64,000 nucleotides of DNA from positions 1 through 64,000 of IMG/VR virus record IMGVR_UViG_3300027770_000027; one strand, 5' to 3'. The translations under genes and the position numbers were made by a program. Below, in pieces: positions 1 through 8,604 of the stretch. The notes beneath the pieces were generated by a model that was given only the letters and a program-made list of their open reading frames with translations, ran no database searches and was not told where the DNA came from. The stretch's first letter is position 1. Every line of letters starts with the position of its first letter.

Positions 1-542
1 TAAGTACCTATATAAGGTACTTCAGTTAATAAGTCTAAATATTTTGTAGTATATACCCATATTTTAGAATGTTCATCTCGAAGCCTCATTGAGTTACACA
101 CTCCACAAGGAATTCTTGGATCCACGGCAGCAACAGCAGCTGCTATACCCTGACTTTGAATGTTAGATGCAATTGTTTGAAGTTGCTCAGCTGCCTGTCT
201 TTCAGCAGCGGTTTGAGTGCCTATGTTAATCGCAACACGGCCACCAATAGAAGTATATACATCTCTTTGAATTTTAACAATTTTATCACCCAATACGGAT
301 TCAAAATAATTCTTATTAGCATTGATGGAAGTATCTGAAGGAGATTCCATTCGAATGGTTCCGCCAGCTCCTAACTTGAGATAAGAACCGTCATTTTGTG
401 ACAATTGAACAGATGAGGTGTCTACTTGGGCATTTGGAGAATTTCCAACATCCTGTTTATTGGTATGAAATCTTAAAGTGCCTGCAGCACCCTTAATTTC
501 ATCTGTTTTTACTGAATTATTTCCTACATTGACATCAGCCAT
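1..542 (-). CDS. gp5 C-terminal/needle-like beta-helix protein (partial, runs off the window edge; not in ORF track)
   Basis: Hand translation from ATG 542 is open to position 1: MADVNVGNN...SVQLSQNDGSYLKLGAGGTIRMESPSDTSINANKNNFESVLGDKIVKIQRDVYTSIGG..., resembling gp5/VgrG C-terminal repeats; GATAAATA late-type motif upstream. Confidence 0.6.
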   Translation of the reverse strand, partial: MADVNVGNNSVKTDEIKGAAGTLRFHTNKQDVGNSPNAQVDTSSVQLSQNDGSYLKLGAGGTIRMESPSDTSINANKNYFESVLGDKIVKIQRDVYTSIGGRVAINIGTQTAAERQAAEQLQTIASNIQSQGIAAAVAAVDPRIPCGVCNSMRLRDEHSKIWVYTTKYLDLLTEVPYIGT

Positions 543-578
543 ACATTTATTTATCGAATATTAAAAATTTATACTTTA

Positions 579-2387
579 CTAAAGACCTACATTTTTGCTT
601 AAAACTTTTTGAGAAGCCAGGAAGGCTTCTTCATTTGTTAATGGGTTTGAAGCTATAGACGTATAATAATCCACCAACACTTGTTTTGAAGGATCCGTGG
701 CCGCTTGTTGTTTTGTAGTGACAATTAAATTACTCAATTCTTTAGAAGTAATAATATCTGGAGCATAATCTCCCTTGCTACCAGGGGTTAGTGCCGCATA
801 TACCAAATTACCATCCACATCCACTGCCCTGGCAGTTTGATTTTTAGCACCATCCCATGATTTTAAATTTGCCATAACCTTATCCGGTGACATGGGAATT
901 AAGGCTGACACCAAATTAGAAGATTTGGAAAGTTCATCAGTAACAGCTGCCGAACTACCAATCGCAGGAACTTCGCCCGGTGATGTGTTACTAACTGAGG
1001 TGTCCGTTGTTTGTCCATTATTTTGAGTAATTGTCGCACCAGAAGAGGGAGAGGTAGGAGAAGTGCTTCCTTGATTAGGAGCATTTTGAGAAGCAACCGG
1101 ACCCGGAGTTCCTACAGGAACTTGAACATTTCCTTGATCAGTTCTACCCGCCGCCCCTGGTTCCGCTACTGCTGCAAAATATACTGGTCTCTGAGGATCT
1201 CCTCCCAAGAAAAATACATAAACCATATTACCCGGAGACGGTGTAGAATTTACACCATGTGGAGTTCTCATGTCATGGGGAGCCGCCGGAGATGTGGTGT
1301 CTATTGCGTGAGATTTATCGTGAGATAAAGCAGTATTGCCTCCAGCTGTAGTGGCCGGACCACTATTAGAAGAAGATCCCTTAGTAGCGGTGCTCATGCT
1401 GCTAGGATCTCTTTGTCCCGCTAAAGCATTTAGGGTATTAGCAGCATATCCTCGGCTCATTCCAAGGCGACTATTTCCAGTACCAGCTTGAATTACATTA
1501 TTACCAGGTTTAGCCATCATGGCTTCACAATATGCTAAATTTATTCTAGCAGATGTAACCGGGTCTCTTAGTTCTTCTGGAGAATAAACTCGGGCTTCTA
1601 CTCCATATCTAGCAAAAATAGTTGGATAAGCCTTTCCAAAATCTCGTGCGGTGTAGGGCGATAAACTATAAGGGCCGTATGATCCACCAGGGTCATTTAA
1701 ATTTTGTGCCTCTGGTCCATAAAGTTGATTACCAGTTTCATAATATGGCACTTTGCCCATAAATTTAGCCCAAGATTCTGGAGTATTATCCAGCCCAAAT
1801 CTCTCAGCATCTCTTGGAAGGTTATTGGTTAATCCCGAACCACATTCTTTAATAATTTGAAGATTTAAATCAACCATGTCCTGTGTTTGAACCACCTTTG
1901 TTGGTTGTTTATTATAAGTACCATCTGATACAGTGGGCTGTAGATACCCAGAGTTGCCCTTCACCTTGCCATTAGTATCTGCTGTGTTATTTTCTGGATT
2001 AGGATTACCTGCAGAGGGGTTTACAACAGAAGTTGGTTGGCCGTTGCGTAAGTCTTTATTTGCGACATTGGTAACTGTAGGGGCCCCAGTAGATGCTATC
2101 CGAGTACTTCCAGTTGCTGGATCTGAATAACTAGTTCCACCGCCCACTCCAAAATTTTGATTAGCACTTTCAGCCCATGGCAATAGTTTTTTAAGTCTTT
2201 CTAACACCGCTCCTTCTATGCTAGACAGGTCTCCCTGTCGAATACTGATATTAGAACCCTTTTCATTCCAACCTGTAAAAAGTGTTGTAGACAAATAAGG
2301 CACAAAAACTTGTACACGACCACGCGATTCTGGGTCGTTGCTATTAACAATTATACCTATATGGTTTCCGTATACTGGTTCACTCAT
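579..2387 (-). CDS. Baseplate hub gp5/VgrG-like N-terminal OB-fold protein with an inserted lytic-transglycosylase-like domain
   Basis: GIIVNSNDPESRGRVQVFVP (aa 11-30) and STPSPGNMVYVFFLGGDPQRPVYF (aa 381-404) are the two halves of the gp5 OB motif; SLT-like segment at aa ~175-325. Confidence 0.8.
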   Translation of the reverse strand: MSEPVYGNHIGIIVNSNDPESRGRVQVFVPYLSTTLFTGWNEKGSNISIRQGDLSSIEGAVLERLKKLLPWAESANQNFGVGGGTSYSDPATGSTRIASTGAPTVTNVANKDLRNGQPTSVVNPSAGNPNPENNTADTNGKVKGNSGYLQPTVSDGTYNKQPTKVVQTQDMVDLNLQIIKECGSGLTNNLPRDAERFGLDNTPESWAKFMGKVPYYETGNQLYGPEAQNLNDPGGSYGPYSLSPYTARDFGKAYPTIFARYGVEARVYSPEELRDPVTSARINLAYCEAMMAKPGNNVIQAGTGNSRLGMSRGYAANTLNALAGQRDPSSMSTATKGSSSNSGPATTAGGNTALSHDKSHAIDTTSPAAPHDMRTPHGVNSTPSPGNMVYVFFLGGDPQRPVYFAAVAEPGAAGRTDQGNVQVPVGTPGPVASQNAPNQGSTSPTSPSSGATITQNNGQTTDTSVSNTSPGEVPAIGSSAAVTDELSKSSNLVSALIPMSPDKVMANLKSWDGAKNQTARAVDVDGNLVYAALTPGSKGDYAPDIITSKELSNLIVTTKQQAATDPSKQVLVDYYTSIASNPLTNEEAFLASQKVLSKNVGL

Positions 2388-3817
2388 AAAGCTGGAGAAT
2401 ATATAGGTCTCTGAGGCAACATGGTATTTCTCAAATCATTTAATAACGCCGCCGCGTTTGCGCCACTAACACCACCCTTACTCACCATGTCTCCATAATA
2501 GACACTCTTATTTAAATCAAATACATTCTTAAAAGAGTTAACAGATCCTTGTATGGTCATGCTAGGTAACCCATTATGGTCATATGTGGCATTCCTGAAA
2601 GGACTACTAGAATTTAACAACCTATACATTAAAGGACTATTCAATTCTTTTGGTAACCAAGACAACGAACCCTTCACCAGTCCGGGGCCCGTCCGAGTCC
2701 AACTAGATTTTGAACTTATAGGTCCGTTACCGAATGTTTGTAATACTGTATTCAAATCTCCCAATTGAGCCCCTAGACCATATCTTTGAACGATAGCGTT
2801 TGCTATACTCAATCCTCTATTTTGACTAATTTTTCCAAAATTAAAACCCTTTAATAGATAACCCAAATAATGTTCTGGAATAGAACCTATACTCTTGATA
2901 AAAGCATTAAGTTTAGCAGCTTCTTTTGGGAAAAAGGTTCCTAATGTAGCACTGCCGGAGGAAAGGGTATTTGCTGTATCCATGATTTGAGCTCCGGTAT
3001 TAATCACAGTTTGTACAGAATTTAAAACTTTAAACAGACTATCAGAGCCACCAAAAATAGAAGCAAAAAAGGAAACATCATCTAAAATACTTTGTATCAT
3101 TTGAAAAATCATACAAATGATGGCAAGCCACATCATAACTCGAGGCCCTAAGAATTTATTCAAGAGAATTTGAGTCACCGTACCAACTATTTGATCTATC
3201 AGCAATTGCATACTCTGGAGTAACATAGAAACTCCTTTAAATATGTCGTTTATTGCTTCATAAAAACTTTGTACTGTACCAGTTATTGTGTGAATTGCTT
3301 CTGAAAATGCCCCCATTGCTCCGGTGGTGACTTTACTTAGATAACTATTTGCAAAAATATTTTCGGTATATTTTGTTAATTTAGAAAGCATGTTTGGCAC
3401 AAAAGTATTTGCCATATCTTGACACCCAGGAGGCAAACACACCTGTGGACCAGACACCCCATCAAAGTGTAACAATCCAGATAATCTACTGATCAAGCCT
3501 AGACGACCAACATCAAGAAAATGTTGTGCCTGTCCTAAAGTTGAATTGATAGTTTTCTTTAATAAATTACAAGCTTTTAAAATACCCCCATCTTTATCTA
3601 CAAAATCTTTATAAAAACTTTCAGATATTGTACACCCCGGAAAATGTGCAGTTATGGTAAAGGTATTTCCCAACGCCTCATGTCCTTTATTTAAAATAAA
3701 CAATGAAGCTGCATATTTATTAATATCACCATTACATCCTACATTTCTCAAGAGAATTAATTCATGACTCTTGAGACCAGAATTGTCTTCATAAAATTTG
3801 AAATTAAAATCTCCCAT
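2384..3817 (-). CDS. Hypothetical baseplate-region protein, helical with a hydrophobic segment
   Basis: 477-aa ORF overlapping gp5 by 4 nt; hydrophobic VMMWLAIICMIFQMIQSIL; GTAAATA upstream. Confidence 0.5.
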   Translation of the reverse strand: MGDFNFKFYEDNSGLKSHELILLRNVGCNGDINKYAASLFILNKGHEALGNTFTITAHFPGCTISESFYKDFVDKDGGILKACNLLKKTINSTLGQAQHFLDVGRLGLISRLSGLLHFDGVSGPQVCLPPGCQDMANTFVPNMLSKLTKYTENIFANSYLSKVTTGAMGAFSEAIHTITGTVQSFYEAINDIFKGVSMLLQSMQLLIDQIVGTVTQILLNKFLGPRVMMWLAIICMIFQMIQSILDDVSFFASIFGGSDSLFKVLNSVQTVINTGAQIMDTANTLSSGSATLGTFFPKEAAKLNAFIKSIGSIPEHYLGYLLKGFNFGKISQNRGLSIANAIVQRYGLGAQLGDLNTVLQTFGNGPISSKSSWTRTGPGLVKGSLSWLPKELNSPLMYRLLNSSSPFRNATYDHNGLPSMTIQGSVNSFKNVFDLNKSVYYGDMVSKGGVSGANAAALLNDLRNTMLPQRPIYSPAL

Positions 3818-3826
3818 ATAAAATAT

Positions 3827-4132
3827 TTACCACTTTCTTTCCGGACACTTTTCAACTTTTAATTTAGTTTTTATCTCCATATAACAGCCACATTTCTTAC
3901 AACGGTTGTTATTTTTTTCAAAAAAATCACATTTTTGACATATAGCCAATCGAGCATCTGCTACAGATGCTTCTACCATAATTCCATTTCCACTAATAAC
4001 TTGCTGTAAATTTTGACTAATACTGGAAACCGCATTTTTAATTACTTGAGAAGTAGATGGGTAGGAAACTGGAGCAGCTGGAATTTTATCTCGTATTTCT
4101 TCTAAATGTTTCTTTAGTTGTTCTCGAGTCAT
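3827..4132 (-). CDS. Cys-rich small phage protein (DUF6171-like)
   Basis: RLAICQKCDFF...RCKKCGCYMEIKTKL...CPERKW pattern. Confidence 0.6.
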   Translation of the reverse strand: MTREQLKKHLEEIRDKIPAAPVSYPSTSQVIKNAVSSISQNLQQVISGNGIMVEASVADARLAICQKCDFFEKNNNRCKKCGCYMEIKTKLKVEKCPERKW

Positions 4133-4140
4133 AACACTAT

Positions 4141-5745
4141 TTAATAGGCATTGTCGGTTTTACCATATATTGCAGAGAATGCATCTATTTTTGATGCAAC
4201 TATATCATTAATATATCCACCTTTTGTAAAAAAGTGTGTTATTTTAGTAATAATCCATTGGCCTAAAAATCGATCATCAAACGGATTTTGATCACCGCCG
4301 GCTGATGGTCTGTCTATATAAATAATTTTGCCAGGAGCCCTAAAAGTTAATCCAGGAACTTGAAATGCAATAGATTCACCTAGGAATATTAAATCTTTTA
4401 ACATATTCAATCCTGTATGATCCTTCAAATAAAATCTTTGAGGCAAGAATACATTACGAGTTGCTGCTCCAGATGCCTTTGTTTTATTAATATTCATTAA
4501 TATTTTATCTTGACTTTTATCGGGAGAATCTTTAAAATTATATAAACCCATTGCAGCCACTTTTTTAGTTTTTTCTAACACTTCTTTTAAGGTGTTATCT
4601 TTAAAGTGTATATTATACGTACCTGTAGAATGGTCATAGTTAAAAACCGGAGCGTTAACCATACGATGCTCATCTAAAGCTATCATAGGAGAATGTTGAT
4701 AATTTTTAATTATAGATGCCAGTGGAGATGTAAAGTTTTTAAGAGGATTATCAGAACCAGTTGTAAAATAACTTCTCTCTATATGTGGGGGAGAGTTAGA
4801 GTTACCACCTTCTTCTAATAATAATTTTTCTATTTGATTTTTTTCAGAATCTTTAATAAAAGATGACAATGAAACAAATTGCCAAGCTTTGGTTTTTATA
4901 GTTCTACCATAATCTAAAATAAGAGGACAATTATCTGCAGATTTGGAATTATTGACAATATATTGCATATCATCAATGACATTGGTATTTCCTGGAGATG
5001 TGTAGTAAATTGCTGATTCATTCTTAGGGGCTCCAGTATCCCAATTATTGGTATCTATTTTTGAAAGTGGTATATTTGGCTTATCAATGGATCCTTGTTC
5101 GTCATATGTTACACACAATTGAGCGGACTCACTCCCCATTTTTCCAGCTGCCTCTAAAAGAGACTTTAAGGCAGCTGGTCCTGTCATTGCTTTTTCAAAA
5201 TCTGTACCTCCTTGAGAAGAATCCATTCCAGTACTCCATTCAACCCTTCTTTCCTCTAAGACCTGTTTTTTAACATCTTTGAAATAATAGGCCCTCATTT
5301 TTTTGGCTGGATCATCTGTAATATCTTGTATATCATAAATTACAAAATCAAAAGACATGCTCCAGGGATCAAGTTTTTCAACCTGATTAGAGGTGGGCTC
5401 TTCTTGAGTGTATGGATAAATTTTAATACTAATTAAATTACGCCCGTCTGATCTCATTACATAAGGGGCTTTTATATCTAAAGATTTTTTACCATCAGAA
5501 CCGGCAGCAGAACTAAAGGCGGAAGCTCCTCTTTCTATAGCTTCACCCCAGTTTTCAATTACAATATAACCTTCTGTAGACCAATCATATAAAGTTTCTT
5601 CTATGGAAAGTTGATCAATAAACATGCACGGAACTGGCCATGGTTGGTAATTTGGAAGCATATTATACATCCAAACTTCAACCCAAAAATAATCAGCACC
5701 GATTTGATTTATAAACCGTTCTTTATTGATTACCGAGTTTGTCAT
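4141..5745 (-). CDS. Baseplate hub protein (gp27/late control D-like)
   Basis: C-terminal FQVPGLTFRAPGKIIYI...FLGQWIITKITHFFTKGGYINDIVASK is typical of hub proteins; baseplate context. Confidence 0.65.
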   Translation of the reverse strand: MTNSVINKERFINQIGADYFWVEVWMYNMLPNYQPWPVPCMFIDQLSIEETLYDWSTEGYIVIENWGEAIERGASAFSSAAGSDGKKSLDIKAPYVMRSDGRNLISIKIYPYTQEEPTSNQVEKLDPWSMSFDFVIYDIQDITDDPAKKMRAYYFKDVKKQVLEERRVEWSTGMDSSQGGTDFEKAMTGPAALKSLLEAAGKMGSESAQLCVTYDEQGSIDKPNIPLSKIDTNNWDTGAPKNESAIYYTSPGNTNVIDDMQYIVNNSKSADNCPLILDYGRTIKTKAWQFVSLSSFIKDSEKNQIEKLLLEEGGNSNSPPHIERSYFTTGSDNPLKNFTSPLASIIKNYQHSPMIALDEHRMVNAPVFNYDHSTGTYNIHFKDNTLKEVLEKTKKVAAMGLYNFKDSPDKSQDKILMNINKTKASGAATRNVFLPQRFYLKDHTGLNMLKDLIFLGESIAFQVPGLTFRAPGKIIYIDRPSAGGDQNPFDDRFLGQWIITKITHFFTKGGYINDIVASKIDAFSAIYGKTDNAY

Positions 5746-5746
5746 A

Positions 5747-6349
5747 TTATTGAGAAATAGAACTTACATTGTTTAATAATTGTGGAGTCATTTGATTATA
5801 TGCAAACGATACAGTTGATGTTAAAATGTTTTCATCTTGATGGGTAAAATTTATTTCAGATAATCCAGTTATAAAAGCATCTTTATATTTAAATGCCATT
5901 ATATTATTATTATATTCGTCTAAAGCATATAAAACAAAATCACAAACATAATCTGTAAATGGAATATTGGTAATATAATCTTTATCTTCAAACGGAGATG
6001 GTCTGCTTATCATGTCTGTGTGGCCGGTGGAGGAATCATTAAAAAGATTCAACCAATTCCAAAGTATCCAATAATTTTGATATCCGTTGTCAATTACGAG
6101 TTTTAAATCCAAAGGTGGCCACGGTCCTCTAGTGTTGCTAGAAGTATTATAACTTTGTCCACCAAATGGCAAATTTATAGGAGCAATCTTCATAGCAGGT
6201 ACTGGCGAACCAAAGACTGTAAATTGAATAGTGTTTGGGTTTTTTGCAGTCTTTAAAATGGGATCTAAAGTTTTCTTCAATGCCAATGGAATATCCATTA
6301 ACAAATTAAATTTGTCTATCCTAGCTTGATTTAATACGCTTTGATTCAT
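5747..6349 (-). CDS. Tail completion/sheath stabiliser (T4 gp3-like, tube fold)
   Basis: DKFNLLMDIP...VPAMKIAPINLPF...PLDLKLVIDNGYQNYWILWNWL. Confidence 0.7.
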   Translation of the reverse strand: MNQSVLNQARIDKFNLLMDIPLALKKTLDPILKTAKNPNTIQFTVFGSPVPAMKIAPINLPFGGQSYNTSSNTRGPWPPLDLKLVIDNGYQNYWILWNWLNLFNDSSTGHTDMISRPSPFEDKDYITNIPFTDYVCDFVLYALDEYNNNIMAFKYKDAFITGLSEINFTHQDENILTSTVSFAYNQMTPQLLNNVSSISQ

Positions 6350-6353
6350 ATAT

Positions 6354-8231
6354 TTAAAATAATACTATAGGTGAATATTCTTCCTTATACATTGATTCTA
6401 GTTCCTCTGTCGTCAATTCTTTTTGAACTTCTGGAGGAGTTCCTCCAAAGGCTTGTGTGTGAAGCCACATCCATAAATCTTTTGCATCATCTCCATAAGG
6501 ATCCCTTTGAGCGGGTTTAGGATTTATCATGGCGGGTATCACATTGATGTGACGATTCCTGTATAATTTACCCATCTGACCAACAATTAAAGGACTTTGT
6601 TTTAATAGCTCTGAATTATCATTAATAGCTCTTATTACTTTAGGTCTTCCTTGATCATCTATTTCTAAAACACTAAAATAATTTTGAACTAGATTGGGTA
6701 TTAAAATAAATAAAGCCCAAATACTGGACATGACTCTATCATCTAAATCTTTATCTGTTCGTTTACTATACATTTGATTAGGCAATCTTACAAACGTATG
6801 CAATTCTTGTACAGTTTCTGCATTATTAAATTTTACAGCCTTTAAACTATTGCACCAATATCTAAAATTACTAACTCCATGATATTTCGTAGTGGTATGA
6901 GCATGTACTCCTTTACGATTTCCAGTGTTATAATGAACACTATTTCCTTCTTGAGCATATGTTACTATATTTTCATAATTGTGAGTATGATACAGCACAT
7001 CCAAAACTTGCATTCCATAATTATTATTTTCAACAAGCACTGGACATCTGCCCCAATCATTTAATAATCCTAAAAGTCGAGTCCCAAAATGATAAGGACT
7101 GATATCTTTTGAAGCAAATGTAGCCACTTGTTCTATTTGTTGCAGATCTGTAATATCAAATACCTGTGCAACAGTATTAGATCTACCTATACCTTCCCCA
7201 ACATCAACACCCATTACATATTGTTTACCGGGTTCTGGTAATTTATAAACTAAATATCGACCCTCTTCAAATGCTAATATAGGTTCTGGACAATTTTTAA
7301 GCTGCTCTAATAGTTCTGGATCTATAACAGTTCTACCCGGAACAATAAATTGATTACCAAATTCTTGATCGAAAGATTCTTCCCCCTTGCCCTCTTCTGC
7401 TAAGAGCTCCATGGCATCTTTTTTCCATTTTTCATCCCGGCCAGGAACATCCCACCATTCAACTCGCTCAGAATGCCAAATACTTTCTGGTTTTTGAGCG
7501 TCTCTAAACAATTGATAGAATTTATTATCAACTCCATTCGCAGTACTAATAACTGTAATTTGAGATTTTTTAGATTGAATGATAATTGGAATAGCAGACT
7601 TCCACAATTCATTCATAATTTCTGGAGGACAAAAAGCCATCTCATCAATGAGTAGCAGGTTACTACTACCACCACGAGGTCCCGCTGCTGATGTAGTACT
7701 AATGGTAATAGCGGAACCGTTTGTTAAATTTAAACCATCTTTACGCCAAGATTTAATGGCTGGTTTAAGATAAATGGGTAACATTTCATAAGCAGTTCGG
7801 ATGCGACTAAAAATTTCTTTTGCGGTAGATTCTTTATTAGCAACAATAGTGACTCTTTTATCTGCCTGAAAACAAACCAACCACAAAGCATATATAGTAA
7901 TAGTGGTGGTTTTACCCGACTGACGGCTACTTAATACAACATTAAAACGATTAGCCTTAAATGCCTTTAAAAGTCTTTTTTGATATTTGTATAACTGGAT
8001 TTTTTGTTTTCCATCATCAAGAGTTATGATATAAAAATGCTGTTCAGCAAAGTGTAAAATGCTTTTTATACACAACTTAACTTCTTCCTGCATCGCAGGA
8101 GTCCATTTAAAGGTAGCATTTTTGGTACGAAGAATGTTTTCATTTCCTTGATAATATTTGCCATCTACAAGAATATCATCTGGCTCTAATTCATCCAACG
8201 GAATATCAAGTTCTTCATCGTCATCAGGCAT
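6354..8231 (-). CDS. terL: Terminase large subunit (T4 gp17-like)
   Basis: Walker A SRQSGKTT, Walker B LLLIDEMAF, motif III ISTANG, nuclease YVMGVDVGEG and DDRVMS. Confidence 0.97.
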   Translation of the reverse strand: MPDDDEELDIPLDELEPDDILVDGKYYQGNENILRTKNATFKWTPAMQEEVKLCIKSILHFAEQHFYIITLDDGKQKIQLYKYQKRLLKAFKANRFNVVLSSRQSGKTTTITIYALWLVCFQADKRVTIVANKESTAKEIFSRIRTAYEMLPIYLKPAIKSWRKDGLNLTNGSAITISTTSAAGPRGGSSNLLLIDEMAFCPPEIMNELWKSAIPIIIQSKKSQITVISTANGVDNKFYQLFRDAQKPESIWHSERVEWWDVPGRDEKWKKDAMELLAEEGKGEESFDQEFGNQFIVPGRTVIDPELLEQLKNCPEPILAFEEGRYLVYKLPEPGKQYVMGVDVGEGIGRSNTVAQVFDITDLQQIEQVATFASKDISPYHFGTRLLGLLNDWGRCPVLVENNNYGMQVLDVLYHTHNYENIVTYAQEGNSVHYNTGNRKGVHAHTTTKYHGVSNFRYWCNSLKAVKFNNAETVQELHTFVRLPNQMYSKRTDKDLDDRVMSSIWALFILIPNLVQNYFSVLEIDDQGRPKVIRAINDNSELLKQSPLIVGQMGKLYRNRHINVIPAMINPKPAQRDPYGDDAKDLWMWLHTQAFGGTPPEVQKELTTEELESMYKEEYSPIVLF

Positions 8232-8232
8232 A

Positions 8233-8592
8233 TTACCTATTTAGTTGGTTATGCAATTCCTGCAGTACAATACTTACATATTGTTTGTTTAAAATTTTTA
8301 TAGTAGAACCCGGACGAGGCCTCAAAACTGGATTGTTAATGCTGTTATAGGCACAAACTAACCACCATAAATCCATGATATTATAATGCAAATAGGAAAT
8401 AGACTGCCAAGTATCAGATTCAGAAATTATGTGAGCAGTTTCAACATCTGCACTACCAGACGGAAATATATTTACAGATTTTAAAATATTATAAAATCTT
8501 TCTCCAGTGCGCTCATCTGTATAAATGTTGAAAAAATTTTCATATCTATACAAATTAAGCTGGGGCAGATCTTCAAATTCATTTTGTTTCAT
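8233..8592 (-). CDS. Baseplate wedge protein gp53-like (LysM-like)
   Basis: SDTWQSISYLHYNIMDLWWLVCAYNSINNP. Confidence 0.8.
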   Translation of the reverse strand: MKQNEFEDLPQLNLYRYENFFNIYTDERTGERFYNILKSVNIFPSGSADVETAHIISESDTWQSISYLHYNIMDLWWLVCAYNSINNPVLRPRPGSTIKILNKQYVSIVLQELHNQLNR

Positions 8593-8604
8593 ATGACTAA
8601 TTTA

